From NCBI GenBank assembly GCA_965178125.1, contig OZ237750.1, positions 186,001 through 250,000 on the forward strand: a DNA stretch of 64,000 nucleotides, written 5' to 3'. Both the position numbers and the translations under genes were made by a program. This DNA comes from Bilabrum cf. latius. Its lineage: Eukaryota. The notes below the pieces were generated by a model. It worked only from the letters and a program-made list of their open reading frames with translations, was not told the origin of the DNA and made no database searches. Of this stretch, positions 50,985-62,532 are shown piece by piece (the first letter of the stretch is position 1; the number at the start of each line of letters is the position of its first letter).

Positions 50985-52640
50985 ATGACTAATAAAGGCA
51001 AGACATACACTAGAGGTAAAATATCTTACACGTATGGTGATGAACCGACAAAAAATCAAAAAGATAGTGATAATTTAGAAGCCACTATTAAGGGACTACT
51101 TGATAAAGGATTTGAAGAGGTACCAACTACCAAAGCAAGTATTAAAAAAATACCTTTATATTCTTATGTATCTTATGTAAGTAATATCAAGGGAAAGCCA
51201 CTATTTAGAAGAGGTGGGGTAATTAACTCAATATAGAAGGATGGAGACTATTTCACTTTATATAACTTAGTGAGTCGTGTTCATTTTAGCGTTCAATAGT
51301 CTAACCTAGTTCGTCTTTTTTATAAGATGACTAAAGCTTAGACGAAAAAACTTAATAAACCAACCGGTAAATTAATTGAAGTAGAAGATGAGGACGACAA
51401 AGACAAATTTAATTATAAACCAATATTAAAGAAACTATATTATGAAGAAGGTAATGTAGTCAGTCGTGATGCGTTATATGACCTAGCTAGACAAAAAGAT
51501 AAACGTATTAAAAGACGACAAGTAGAAAAGTGGTTAAATAACTAGATGCTCCACCAATTGACCAAAAAACGACCTAAACAGTCAGCAGTAAGTTCTTTTG
51601 TACCTACTAAGCCTTTCTCAATTTACGCCTTGGACTTAATAGACATGCAAAAGTATTCAGACACTAATGACGGCTATAATTGGATATTAAATATAATGGA
51701 TATATTCACAAAATACCTATGGAGTATTTCATTAAAAGATAAGACATTAGTTAATATAATTCGTGAGATGAAGAAACTATTTAAGAAACCTAATTGGAGA
51801 AAACCGACTGTTATGTTAAGTGATAATGAGTTTAATAAAGAGGCATATATTAAATTTATGAATGACAATGACATAAAACCACTATTCACCATCGCAGGAA
51901 ATCCATAGTCTAATGGTGCAGTTGAAAGACTTAATAGGACTATAAAAGAATAGATTAGAAAAGACTTTGCTATTAAGAATGACAGTGATGGTGTTTGGCA
52001 TACGTCATTATAGAGACTAGTAAGAGCATATAATAAGAGAAAACACAACACTATAGGAATGTCTCCACTAGAAGCAATGAAACCCGAAAATTTAGAAGTA
52101 GTTAGATCTAGAATTGAAAATAAGAAATTATCAAATAATTTTGACGGGAATGATAAAGATCTTAATGTAGGGGATAGAGTTAGAGTATTACTTGAGAAGA
52201 ACAAGTTTAAAGGAAATTTATTTAATTGGTCTAGAGAAGTCTTCACTGTTAGATAGAAGACCAAACCAAGAAATCCTAAGTAGAGGATTAAATATAAAGT
52301 AATGGACAAAGAGGGAGAACCTCTTACTGGATTCTTTAATGCTTCACAGTTATAGAAAATAGACAATGTAGAACACGAAGATAAGGTAAATGATGACATA
52401 GACAAGGAAAGTGAAGAGCCTGAAATTGATAATGTTGAAGGTTTAGAAGTAGAACCAGACACAATAGAGAAGTTTTTAGATAAAAGACAAAATAAAGATA
52501 GACTTATTGAATACTTAGTCAAATATAAGGGATATTCTAATAAGTTTAATGAATGGATTACCCGTAAGAAATTAGAATAGGATTATGGGAAAGACCAAAT
52601 ACGACCACTTGCGAAAGACTATTCTGATAGATAGAGATAA
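50985..52640 (+). CDS. Retroviral-type (rve, DDE) integrase with C-terminal chromodomain (551 aa)
   Basis: LYY..G..SR..LY..V.KWL..Q; YALDLIDM (D), MLSDNEF (D), NP(TAG)SNGAVERLNRTIKE (E); YN.RKH.TIGMSP; VGDRVR; NWSREVF.V; EYLVKYKGYSNKFNEWI. Twelve in-frame TAGs and no internal TAA/TGA. Confidence 0.95.
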
Positions 52641-52674
52641 TTAATCTAGTAATATACTTTATGGCATAATACCA

Positions 52675-52747
52675 GCGCCCCAAATTGCGATAATATATTA
52701 GGATATTAAGATATATTTCCGCAATTCTGGGCGCGTAGGTGTATTGA
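52675..52747 (+). repeat. Palindromic interspersed repeat R7
   Basis: Downstream of the integrase stop. Confidence 0.9.
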
Positions 52748-52870
52748 TTTTTATAATTTTATCATTTTATGTTAGCCAGTGTATAGATACGACTTTTGAA
52801 ATATTAATTTTTTCTAGTATTTACCATATTAATATAAAACAAAGTCAAAGAAATTATTTATAATAAGTAT

Positions 52871-53551
52871 ATGGAATTGTTAAATATAACAAGATACAAA
52901 AATAAAGACCTTCTAAAAAGAGTAGTCAAGTTAAGTGAAAAGTACAAGTGGTCTCGTGATGACTTAAAAATGTTATGGATTAACAAGCATTATTCAAGTT
53001 TATAGGGTGAAATAGATGATGAAGGGGACGAGATAGCAACTATAAATTTAGTGAGACAACCGTCTAAAATAGAACCTATCTAGTTAAAACCTCCACAATT
53101 AGAACGACAATAGGCTATATTGGAAGATGTTGAATTAGATAGCGAAGACATAGAGGATAATAAAGAGGAAGACTATTTGAATGATACATATAGTGATACA
53201 AGTAGTGAAGTAGTGAGTGAAGTCATTGAAGAGAAACCAATTAAAGAGAAACCAAAACCAAAAATCAATATTAGTGATCTTACAGTGAGTGATAAACCTG
53301 AATATGTTTATTGTGTAGAGATTAATGATACAAAGGTATATTTTAACAAAAAGAATACATAGACTTATCCTGATGCTTTAAGAAGAGGTAAATCACACGC
53401 TGATAAAATGAGAAAGCGAGTATTAGGACATATTCATTTTGATGAGACCGATATGTATGACAGCAACTTATGGTATGCTAAAGTGTGCTGGGGTGATAGT
53501 GATAAAATTCATGATAACTTTACAAAGTTTAAAAATATCTTATTAAAATGA
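52871..53551 (+). CDS. Viral hypothetical protein with acidic central region (226 aa)
   Basis: Single frame with four TAG=Q; ends TGA. Confidence 0.7.
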
Positions 53552-53570
53552 CCACTATATATATAGGTAA

Positions 53571-54077
53571 ATGAAAAACACAATTTGGAAGTTTTTAAAT
53601 GAATACTTTGATGTCTTTAGTTTAATACTTAAAATACGAGACGAAAACCCTAGTGATGTCATAAGTACTATAATAGCAATGTATGAAGAGAGCGAAATAG
53701 AAGACCCAAAAGAGATCCATAAACATATGAGTGAAATACGTCATAACTTGGAACTTAGATTTAAAACAAAGTATGTTGAAGTATTAAGCACAGATCACGA
53801 TGACAAAGCAGAAAGTTATCTCCATCTTAATAATATATTATGTAATATTGAAGGAGAGCAATATGTGGAGGATAGCAAAATCAAGATGTCCGAGAAAAAA
53901 CAAGTATTTATAAAGACTTACGGTGATGTGGATAAATTCAACGAGACTGTCCAAGAGATGGAACAAGAAGACGAAAAGACTAAAACAGGAGTAGAAAAAG
54001 AAATAGATCAAAAGTTAAGTCTATTATGTAATACTTCTAAACAACCAGACAATATTTGTCTAGATTATAAATTGTAA
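53571..54077 (+). CDS. Viral hypothetical protein (168 aa)
   Basis: Clean ATG-TAA ORF. Confidence 0.7.
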   Translation: MKNTIWKFLNEYFDVFSLILKIRDENPSDVISTIIAMYEESEIEDPKEIHKHMSEIRHNLELRFKTKYVEVLSTDHDDKAESYLHLNNILCNIEGEQYVEDSKIKMSEKKQVFIKTYGDVDKFNETVQEMEQEDEKTKTGVEKEIDQKLSLLCNTSKQPDNICLDYKL

Positions 54078-54128
54078 TATCAGTATGTATTTTAATTATA
54101 AAAATACAAATTGACAGGTTAGATACGA

Positions 54129-54201
54129 CCGCCCCAAATTGCGGATATATTATAGCTATTCAAGATATATTTTCGCAATTCTGGGCGTCTCACCGTGTTG
54201 A
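54129..54201 (+). repeat. Palindromic interspersed repeat R8
   Basis: Between convergent genes; tail contains the stop codon of the minus-strand gene. Confidence 0.9.
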
Positions 54202-54504
54202 TTTTTCCACACGTTTTAACTCATTCATAATTTCTAAATCAAGTAAGCCATTAATAATACGAAAATCTTTGTAATCTTGCGCCATCTAAAACATTCCTTC
54301 ATATTTAGGCAACATAGCCATTTTAAGACCTAGGATAGACTTAATATCTTCGTAGGTAATAATCTAGTCTTTTTCTACTTCTTTTAGCTCTTCAACTTCA
54401 CAAATACGAAGGTCCTTTCCATCAAAAAATTGATCAAAAGCTGTCTTTACCTTTTTTAATATATTGTTCAAACTTTTTATGTTATAAATATTATTAAAGT
54501 TCAT
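54190..54504 (-). CDS. Viral hypothetical protein (104 aa)
   Basis: MNFNNIYNIKSLNNILKKVKTAFDQFFDG...; two TAG=Q; CGCCAA upstream motif. Confidence 0.65.
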
Positions 54505-54559
54505 TTCTATATATATATAGTAAATATTTTTTGGCGGAATAATTAAACTTAGGATCTAA

Positions 54560-54632
54560 CCGCCCGAAATTGCGGAAATATTATAGCTATTCAAGATATA
54601 TTTGTGCAATTCTGGGCGCGTAGGCGTATTGA
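54560..54632 (+). repeat. Palindromic interspersed repeat R9
   Basis: Same consensus. Confidence 0.9.
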
Positions 54633-54660
54633 CTTTTGTATTATTTTGTATTTATTTGTA

Positions 54661-55299
54661 TTATATTTGGTACCCTAACTAGAGGCAATTCCTCAATTTA
54701 TCGTGAAGCTATTCGTAAGTATTATAAATGTAATAGCTAGAAGGGTTCAACTCTTTGATATAAGAGTTACGGTCTTCTAACATAGACTTCTATTTATCTA
54801 CTTTCTAATTCTTTAAAGTCTTCTAGAATAGTGAATTAGATGGAAGACATACAACTATACTTTCTTTTTTAAATAACTCATTAGCTAGACTTAACTCTTT
54901 AGTAAAGAATATTACTCTCTTCTCGCTACCTTCATTCAACCAGTTATCTTTTACCCATTGAAGGGCTTCTTTACTGGCTTTTCTATTAAGTATATTATAA
55001 TTACCCCAATCACTTTTTAACTTACATTCGTCTAGTTTCATAAGTAATTCGGGCTCCTAGACATATACTCCTAGAGTACTATCTAAATCAACAAGTAAAC
55101 AGTCTTTAGAACTAGACCGTAATATTTGACAAGCGGTAGACTTACCACTACCTTCAGGCACACAGATACATATTTTTTTACGTTTATGTAAAGGTTTATC
55201 CCATAACCACTACCAACAAGACATACCACCAGAGTATGCTAGAGGTAGTAAGACACTTAAACCTCCTACAACGACACTGCTTGAACTGATTCCATCCAT
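54661..55299 (-). CDS. P-loop NTPase/kinase-like protein with hydrophobic N-terminus (212 aa)
   Basis: KKICICVPEGSGKSTAC ... LLVDLDS; several TAG=Q; ends TAA. Confidence 0.7.
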
Positions 55300-55342
55300 T
55301 TTATTATATTAATAAAAAAGATATTTCTATAATTAAACTCAA

Positions 55343-56065
55343 TTATCCTGTTAAGAAAATACAAGGTACGACTTTATATTCTACTCCATTAGCATCAGTA
55401 GAAGTACCACTTGAAAAGTCTTCATCTACTAGAGCTTTTGCTACAATAGTCTAATCAACAGAGACTGGTTGAGGATTAGGCGCGTAGACATATCCACTAT
55501 CAGAGCTATTTATTAAGTAGTCACCCGCACTTACATCTCCTCCATTTTTATTTACTTTCACAGCTCCATCACCTAAAGATGCCACAAGTACTTTACCATC
55601 ATCATGGTGTTCTCCTACATATACTCCAAAAGGTGGTGAATGTTGAGATGCTTGACTTACGACATATTCATTAGTTGTGGGTCCTTTATTAACTACACTA
55701 TCAAGAGTAACCACTGACCCAATACCAGCTGGTAAACTAGAAGCAACATCACTACAAGATGCTACATGTGTACCGGTAAATGATAAGAAGTTGGTTGCTG
55801 TCATAGTACTGGTTTGAGTGCCATCACCTGCGACATTGATTGAGATAGATGCACCTGCTGATGCTGAGTTTTTACCTATTCTCCATGTGAAAGACTTAGC
55901 ATCTTCATTAGTACCACTCATAATATAGGGTAGTGATTGACCATTGAAGTTAAGTCCAAAGTTAGCGGCTCCATCAAAGCCTTCTGCTTTAATTGATTCT
56001 ACTTCAATAGACTTACTCTTTAATTCATATTCATTTTTGTTTAAGAGATTGTATATTCCTGCCAT
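55343..56065 (-). CDS. Putative fibre/spike protein with C-terminal intramolecular-chaperone (peptidase G2/IMC-like) domain (240 aa)
   Basis: SFTGTH ... VASLGDGAVKV...GG.V.AGDYL..S..SGY ... TIVAKAL.D.DF ... VPCIF..G; the C-terminus is complete only through TAG 55451. Confidence 0.65.
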
Positions 56066-56154
56066 TACTTATATTATATTAGCTAGACTAGATATTTTTT
56101 TTTTAAATTACGAGATTTTAAAAAGTTAGTAGTATAAGATATAGTATAATACTA

Positions 56155-56227
56155 GCGCCCCAAATTGCGATAATATATTAGGATATTAAGATATATTTCC
56201 GCAATTCTGGGCGCGTAGGCGTATTGA
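56155..56227 (+). repeat. Palindromic interspersed repeat R10
   Basis: Near-identical to R7. Confidence 0.9.
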
Positions 56228-56308
56228 TTTTTATAATTTAGTCATTTTTAATATAGCCACCTCTTACAATGTAATATTTTTAAATTAAAATATTATAGTA
56301 TATACCAT

Positions 56309-57751
56309 TTAAAGACTTCTTAATCTTGAATCTAACCAAGATATTAGAGTATCAAGTCTCTTATTAAGACCTGAACCTTCACCAGTCTTACTTTCACTTG
56401 CTCCACTAGATGATTGACCTTGTGCTTCTTGTTCTTGTTCTTCCCGTTCTTGTGCTGCTCGTGCTGCTCTTGTTCTTGCTTCTTGACCTTTACCAAGATC
56501 TTCACCTGCATCGCTTGCTACAAATTCTCCATCTGGTTGTCTTTCTAATAGTGTCCCTTCTGTCTCATCATCTAAAGGTTCATTACCTCTTGCTATCTAT
56601 TCAGCAGCTTCATTCATTACATCACTTAATGCGGCTTCTCTTCGTAAGTCTGGATCTTTTTCCTTAGCTCGTCTAAGTCTTTCTTTAAGTGGAGTTCCTG
56701 ACGGTTCTGCACGACTAAATGGGTTTGTTTGTCTTTTTCTAAGTGATAATTGTCTTTCAATATCTTTCTTTGCGTCATCAAACTTGATTCTATTTAAATT
56801 TACAAATCTAGTTTTACTGTCAAGTCCCGATTGTCTTCCAGTCTTAATATCTTGAAATAAGCTCTATAAATCATAATACTACATATCATCTATTGGCACA
56901 CCATCATATTCATCACCTAATAGTGCTTTAAGTCTATCTTTTAGTACTGGTGCTTTAGATGTGGCTTTTGTTTTATAAATATCATTTATTGCTTCCATTC
57001 TTTTATTAAGTACATCTCTTTTTAGTTTAACTCGATCAGTTTGGCTTCGTAATCGTTCCAAAGCATAGCCTTTTGACTTTTTATCTCCTAATCTTTCTAA
57101 TAGAGGTACTATTTGTGTTCCTTTTGCTCTTTGTCTAACTTTTACAAGTCTTGATGCCATTGAATTAAGTTGAGCCTTAGAGAGACCATTTAAAGTTGAA
57201 TCACTTACACCTCTCTCTTTAAGAAACTTCTTCAACTAGTCTACTGTTAAGTCATTCTCTAAGTCTTTGACATCTTTAGGTAAATTGTCTATCTCTTCTG
57301 CTTCAATAAATAAGTTATTTAATGCGTCGTTAAGTTTTGACTCAGCTTTACCTTTTTGAAATAGAGTATTAGATGAGTTCATATATGGAATATTCTATAT
57401 CATCTTAGCAATAGCTTCAGCATCTTCATCAAGTAGTTCATTATCTTTAGCTAGTCTTACAACTTGATCTATATCTGCTACTTTATACTTTTTACCTTTC
57501 TTACTGTTATCTTTAACTCTTTTTAAAGTCCTTTTCATAAGATTTGCTATTCTTTTTAATTTTCTCTTTTCTTCTAATGGCATAAAGTCCTCTTCTAATT
57601 GAATTTTTTGTTTTCGTTTAGCTTCTCCTATAGCTGCTCTTATGGCTCTCTCTTCGTTTCTTACCTTTCGTCTTGCTTGACTTGTAGGGGCTCTACTTTC
57701 CACAAGTCCATCGAGTAAGTCTTCCAATACTGCTGTTCTTTTTTTAGACAT
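56309..57751 (-). CDS. Charged coiled-coil protein with SAP-like motif, possible virion core protein (480 aa)
   Basis: Two ORF-track fragments plus the downstream region join via TAG; LTVD(Q)LKKFLKERGV..LNGLSKAQL; C-terminal GEGSGL; ends TAA. Confidence 0.65.
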
Positions 57752-57790
57752 CGTATAATTATATTATGATAATAGATAATATTATTAAAT

Positions 57791-58234
57791 TTACATACCA
57801 TTTTCTTTTAATATTTTACTTGCTTCTCCTAGACTTACGCCATACTTCTTCATTACCGCACTCACTAATTTACCTCTTGCTTTAGCTTTTGGATTAGGTT
57901 TCCTCTTACGCTTAGCCTTTCCAAGTCCTACAGTCTTAAGTGCAGCATCAAGAGGGACACCAACTTCAGGGGCTACAAACTTAAGACCTGTTCGTATTGC
58001 CTTTCCTACATTACTTTTAATACCTTTTTTAATTGTTCGCCCTACTTTCTTGAATTTACGACCTACTTTTTTAAAAAAGCGTCCAACTTTTGAACCACCT
58101 TGAACACCATTCATTTGATAGTCTTCAAATAATTCAAGTAGTTTTTGCTTAAATTCGTCTTTTAAATTGTTGACTTTGGCATTAGAGGGTGATTTACCTA
58201 GTTGCTATAGTCTTTGTCTTATGAAATCGTCCAT
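57791..58234 (-). CDS. Small highly basic protein, putative DNA-condensing/core protein (147 aa)
   Basis: VQGG.KVGRFFKKVGRKFKKVGR amphipathic basic helix; GLG motif; C-terminal RGKLVSAVMKKYGVSLGEASKILKENG of the type seen in virophages. Confidence 0.7.
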
Positions 58235-58268
58235 TATAATAAAGAACTATAATATTTCTTATTAATAT

Positions 58269-59087
58269 ATGGTTAAATTAACAAAGTAGTAGCTAAAGTA
58301 TTATTCACGATTTGATAATAAGATATTCAAGTCTTTTAAAATAAATAGAAGTGATATTTATTTAAATGGTTCATATTCATTTACTCATAATATGCTTTCA
58401 CTTTGGGCTGGAGACATAGACCTATACTCTCCCGTTAAATTGTCTGATGTCAATAGTGTTATAAATGAATTAAAGACCTTAAGAGGTAGTAGATTAATAC
58501 ATATTTATAACGTTGAATATGATGATAATGGCGTCTCTTTAGATACATTTCTTGATACTAATAGACCTAAAATATTAAAATCTTTAAAATAGTAGAATAA
58601 TCCTATGATATTCGTTGAAAGTTGGGTCTATACTGGATATATTGAAGAGGTTAGTATATTATATGATATTGGAGGTAAGATATTGAAAATGAAGCCTAAA
58701 CAAGTAGCAGATAGGATGATAGATGACATAAAAGACTTACAAAAAGAACGAAAATATTTCAAGATATTAAAAAGACTAGATGTTATATATGACGAATTAG
58801 GGCAAAAGAAGAAACAGGAAGAGATTGAACAACTTATAAAGAATCCCGATGTAGGCTTTCTTTACTTGACTATTACAAGATTAAAAAGTTTATTACTTCC
58901 AACAGTTCCATTTAAATTAAAAAATAGAGTTATTGATAGACTTAAGAATGATGTACGTAAATTAGGACTTATTAAACCAGTATATCAATACTTTAATACG
59001 TTCAATAGTAAAGATGTAAGTATTATAATTAAATATTTAGAAGACTAGCTCAATAAAAGGGTCGTTAAATTAGTTTCACATAATTGA
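58269..59087 (+). CDS. Pol-beta-superfamily nucleotidyltransferase-like protein (272 aa)
   Basis: IYLNGSYSF...WAGDIDLYS (hGS...DxD); joined across TAG TAG pairs; ends TGA. Confidence 0.65.
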
Positions 59088-59157
59088 ATACACCTAAACG
59101 CCCAGAATTGCAGACATAATTTTCTTGATACTTATATATTTCCGCAATTTGGGGCGC
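59085..59157 (-). repeat. Palindromic interspersed repeat R11
   Basis: Reverse copy; its tail supplies the TGA of the upstream gene; same loop type as R5. Confidence 0.88.
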
Positions 59158-59204
59158 CCTATATTGTGAGATTTTCATTAGATTGACCCGAAAATGTAAA
59201 ACCT

Positions 59205-59276
59205 CTAACAGCCTACGCGCCCAGAATTGCAGAAATATATCTTAAATAGCTATAATATTACCGCAATTTGGGGCGG
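59205..59276 (-). repeat. Palindromic interspersed repeat R12
   Basis: Reverse copy. Confidence 0.88.
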
Positions 59277-59281
59277 TCGTC

Positions 59282-59803
59282 TCACCAGTCACTATAAAAT
59301 AGCTCGTCAATGTCTTCTTCGTTAAGTTTATTAACTTTTTCTGTCGGATGGAGGGGATTATCTGGTCGTATGTCATGTAAATAGCACTTAAGTCTGAAAA
59401 ATTTTAGATATTCATAAATTAACTACATTTGAAAAAAGTCTTTTTTAAATAACCTTTCCCACTCAACGGATTGTTTAAATTGTTCTATACATTCATTTAT
59501 TTTCATTGAATTAGCATAGTCAAAGTTGAATGTTTTTAAGTGATCAAAAGAAGACGATACATATCCGTTATCATTTAACGTAAAGTCCATATCATAATAG
59601 TACTTTTTACTGCAATTGATAATACATTCTCTATACTTACGAGCAATTAGAAGACAAGTTATATAATTAGTATAGCAATCTACTCTATCAGTTGTCATCA
59701 TATTACGCTACTCTTCTGCTTTCTTATAGTACTAATTAACTTTACATGAGTACTTATAAAATGATTTAATATATCTTTTTGAAATTAGAAGTTTGTGATC
59801 CAT
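59282..59803 (-). CDS. Viral hypothetical protein (173 aa)
   Basis: Open with three TAG=Q; ends TGA next to R12. Confidence 0.65.
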
Positions 59804-59948
59804 AATTCTATATATTTATATGATATTTTAATCATATTCTTAAGACTGTGCACTCTAAAATGAATATTTGAAATGGCTACTTCTCACAATATACCTTTTG
59901 AACCCACTAATTATTAGAAAAATAATAAATATTAACATATAGTATATA

Positions 59949-61016
59949 ATGTCATTATCATACGATGAAATACCAAATAGTCATTTAGTTGCTTTAAGAG
60001 AATACAAGCACAAGAAGAGGAACAAAAGCGTCTTTTTTAGTGAAGATGTAGGGGAAAAAGTCATAACTCCAGAAGATATAAGTGATGATTTACTTGAAGA
60101 GTATTATGGAAAGAGAGCAATTAAATATGAGAAGAATAAAAAAGCATTACGTGAAGAGATGTGTAAGCTAGTGAATGGAAATAAAAAACTAGTTAGAAAG
60201 ACTAACGAGTTAAGAATAGATGATAAGAGTTAGTTTGAAATAGTCCCATTCTTTGATGATGAGACCAAAAGACAAATACACTATTTAAGTGGTTAGGCTG
60301 GTGCTGGTAAGTCTTATATTGCTAAGTCTTTACTCAAGTATTATCATATGTTCATTCCAAAGAAGAGGGTTTTAGTCATTACACCAGTACAGGAAACAAA
60401 TCCAACTTATTTAAAATATGGTAATTTTATTGATATTGATAAATTAGTAGCAGTAGATAGAAACGATAGTTATGATGACTTAATGAGGAAATACAAAGAA
60501 GAAAAGATATTCTTTAGGTAGGAAAAGAAGTCATTAGAACCTCATGAATTAATTAAAAGAGAGATAGAGATAGAAAGAATGAAACCAACAAGTAAAGACA
60601 AGACAAAGGCATCATTTACCACTACTCCATTGTATGAAGAATGGGCAAAATAGGGTCCTTCTGTGGTGGTATTTGATGATTATGAAGCCTTAAACGGTGA
60701 TAAAAAGTAGAGAGCGTTATTCTTAATTAAGCGTATAGGTGAAGTTGGAAGACATAGCTCAACAAATATGATAGTTATAAGTCATTTAACGAATGATTAT
60801 GCGAATACTAGGTCAATAGTCATGGAAAGTCATAATATTATTTTATTTAAGAGAAATCTATGGAAATTTAGCAAATATTTAATGAAAGCATATTTAGGAT
60901 TTGATGCAAGTCTTATAAATCGTGTTTATAAATTGTTTGGAGAAGGTAATAGATGGCTATGTATTAATAAGACGTATAATTTTATCACTTGTCCTAAATA
61001 GATGTTCGTATATTAA
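59949..61016 (+). CDS. FtsK/HerA-family (A32-like) DNA packaging ATPase (355 aa)
   Basis: Walker A YLSG(TAG)AGAGKS; Walker B SVVVFDD; EVGRH; ISHLTNDYANTRSIVMESH. Confidence 0.93.
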
Positions 61017-61035
61017 TTTTCTTAGTATTAAGTAT

Positions 61036-61584
61036 ATGGATATAACCACTGCATTAAGTCCTGAAGAGGTACAAAGACTATACTTTACATTTACAAAGTA
61101 GCATATACCAGTTATAATGTATGAAGAAATAAGTGATACTAATAACATCAGACAATTTCTAGATGAAAATCCTTTATTTGTCCTTTATTATCCTAACTTA
61201 GTAGAAGGAGCAACAATGAGCGGTCATTATACTGCGGTCATATTTAATAAATCAAAGAATACTCTTTATTTTTGGGATAGTTATGGTCAATTACCTGATA
61301 CTCATATTCCAGTCGTAGGAGGAGTCATAGACCCATAGAAGCTATATGATAGAAGTAGTCTTCTAATAGATCACGTATTAGATGCTGGTATTAATGTTGA
61401 CTATTCAAATCAAAAGAATCAACTTATATCTAATAACTCTGCCACATGCGGTCGGTGGTCAGTGATGAGGATATTATTCCATCACTTGACGAATGATTAG
61501 TTTAATAGTCAATTAAAGAAGGCTTTTAAAAAGTATGGAGGAGGACTAGATAATGATGAACTTATTACTTTGATAATTAGTTAA
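61036..61584 (+). CDS. Adenain/Ulp1-like virion maturation cysteine protease (182 aa)
   Basis: SGHYTAV (H), YFWDSYG (D), NQ...SATCGRW (Q, C); three TAG=Q. Confidence 0.93.
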
Positions 61585-61665
61585 TATGACATATACCATA
61601 AATTTTTAGATATTGAAAATTGATATCTATAAGGTGGCCATATTAAAAAGACTAAAATATAAAAA

Positions 61666-61738
61666 TGAATACGGGTAAGCGCCCAGAATTGCGGAAATAT
61701 ATCTTAATATCCTAATATATTATCGCAATTTGGGGCGC
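61666..61738 (-). repeat. Palindromic interspersed repeat R13
   Basis: Reverse copy; flank matches those of R3 and R10. Confidence 0.9.
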
Positions 61739-61790
61739 TAGTATTATACTATATCTTAAGATACTAAAATAAAAATGTCTTTGAAGTCAA

Positions 61791-62456
61791 TCAAAATCCA
61801 CGGAAAGTCTGTCCAACGTATTGTCCTCCAAACACAAGAGCTGCACCAAAAGCAACTTTCATCGTCTCAAAGACAAAATTGAGTATCGATGGCTCCGCGT
61901 TTCTCATCACCATCAACCAAATGGTAGGAACACCATCCCGTAAGAGGTGCAGGAGATGGTCTAACACGAAACAAATCCCTAGGTTATCCCCGAAACGACA
62001 TCCAGCTATACGAGCAAGGTACTCGAAGAAGGTGTAAGAGGTTAGGAATACGATCACCAGTACTCCAATGAAAAATAAGACTAGAGCAATCCTCATAAGT
62101 CCTATCAGTAAGTCCCCGCCACGATACCACAACCACCAGAGATGAGCCTTGATCGTGTTGCCTTTCGTGGACTTTATCTCGTGCTCGGTCCTCCGCATCT
62201 CTTCTTTCGCCTTCTTCGCATAGCTCTGTTTAATACGATTGATCCGGTACTTCATCTCGTCCACATCGTCTGCTTGGTCAAGAATCAGTTTCTCACATTC
62301 CTCCGTCGTCAGTTCATCATCCCGTTTATCTTTAACAGGGGCATTCTGTTGATTCTCAGCAGTTCCACCAGAACCATCGTCATATGACCCAATTATTTTC
62401 CTTCTCCTAGATTGAGACGGTTGACGGGTTCGTGAATTGGACCGGCCAGAGGACAT
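61791..62456 (-). CDS. Membrane protein with coiled coil and hydrophobic segments; compositionally atypical (221 aa)
   Basis: Clean ORF, higher GC than neighbours, no TAG; flanked by R13 and R14. Confidence 0.75.
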   Translation of the reverse strand: MSSGRSNSRTRQPSQSRRRKIIGSYDDGSGGTAENQQNAPVKDKRDDELTTEECEKLILDQADDVDEMKYRINRIKQSYAKKAKEEMRRTEHEIKSTKGNTIKAHLWWLWYRGGDLLIGLMRIALVLFFIGVLVIVFLTSYTFFEYLARIAGCRFGDNLGICFVLDHLLHLLRDGVPTIWLMVMRNAEPSILNFVFETMKVAFGAALVFGGQYVGQTFRGF

Positions 62457-62532
62457 TTTGACCCTATTTTGTGTGAATGGTGGCTAATCAATCCGATCGC
62501 AATAAATAAGATTTTTTCAAATATCACATAAC

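Noticed and set aside
51674-52522. 282-aa minus-strand ORF
   Set aside because: Antisense shadow of the integrase gene.
61616-61623. Mimivirus-type early promoter AAAATTGA
   Set aside because: Single occurrence in AT-rich DNA with no downstream ORF on that strand.
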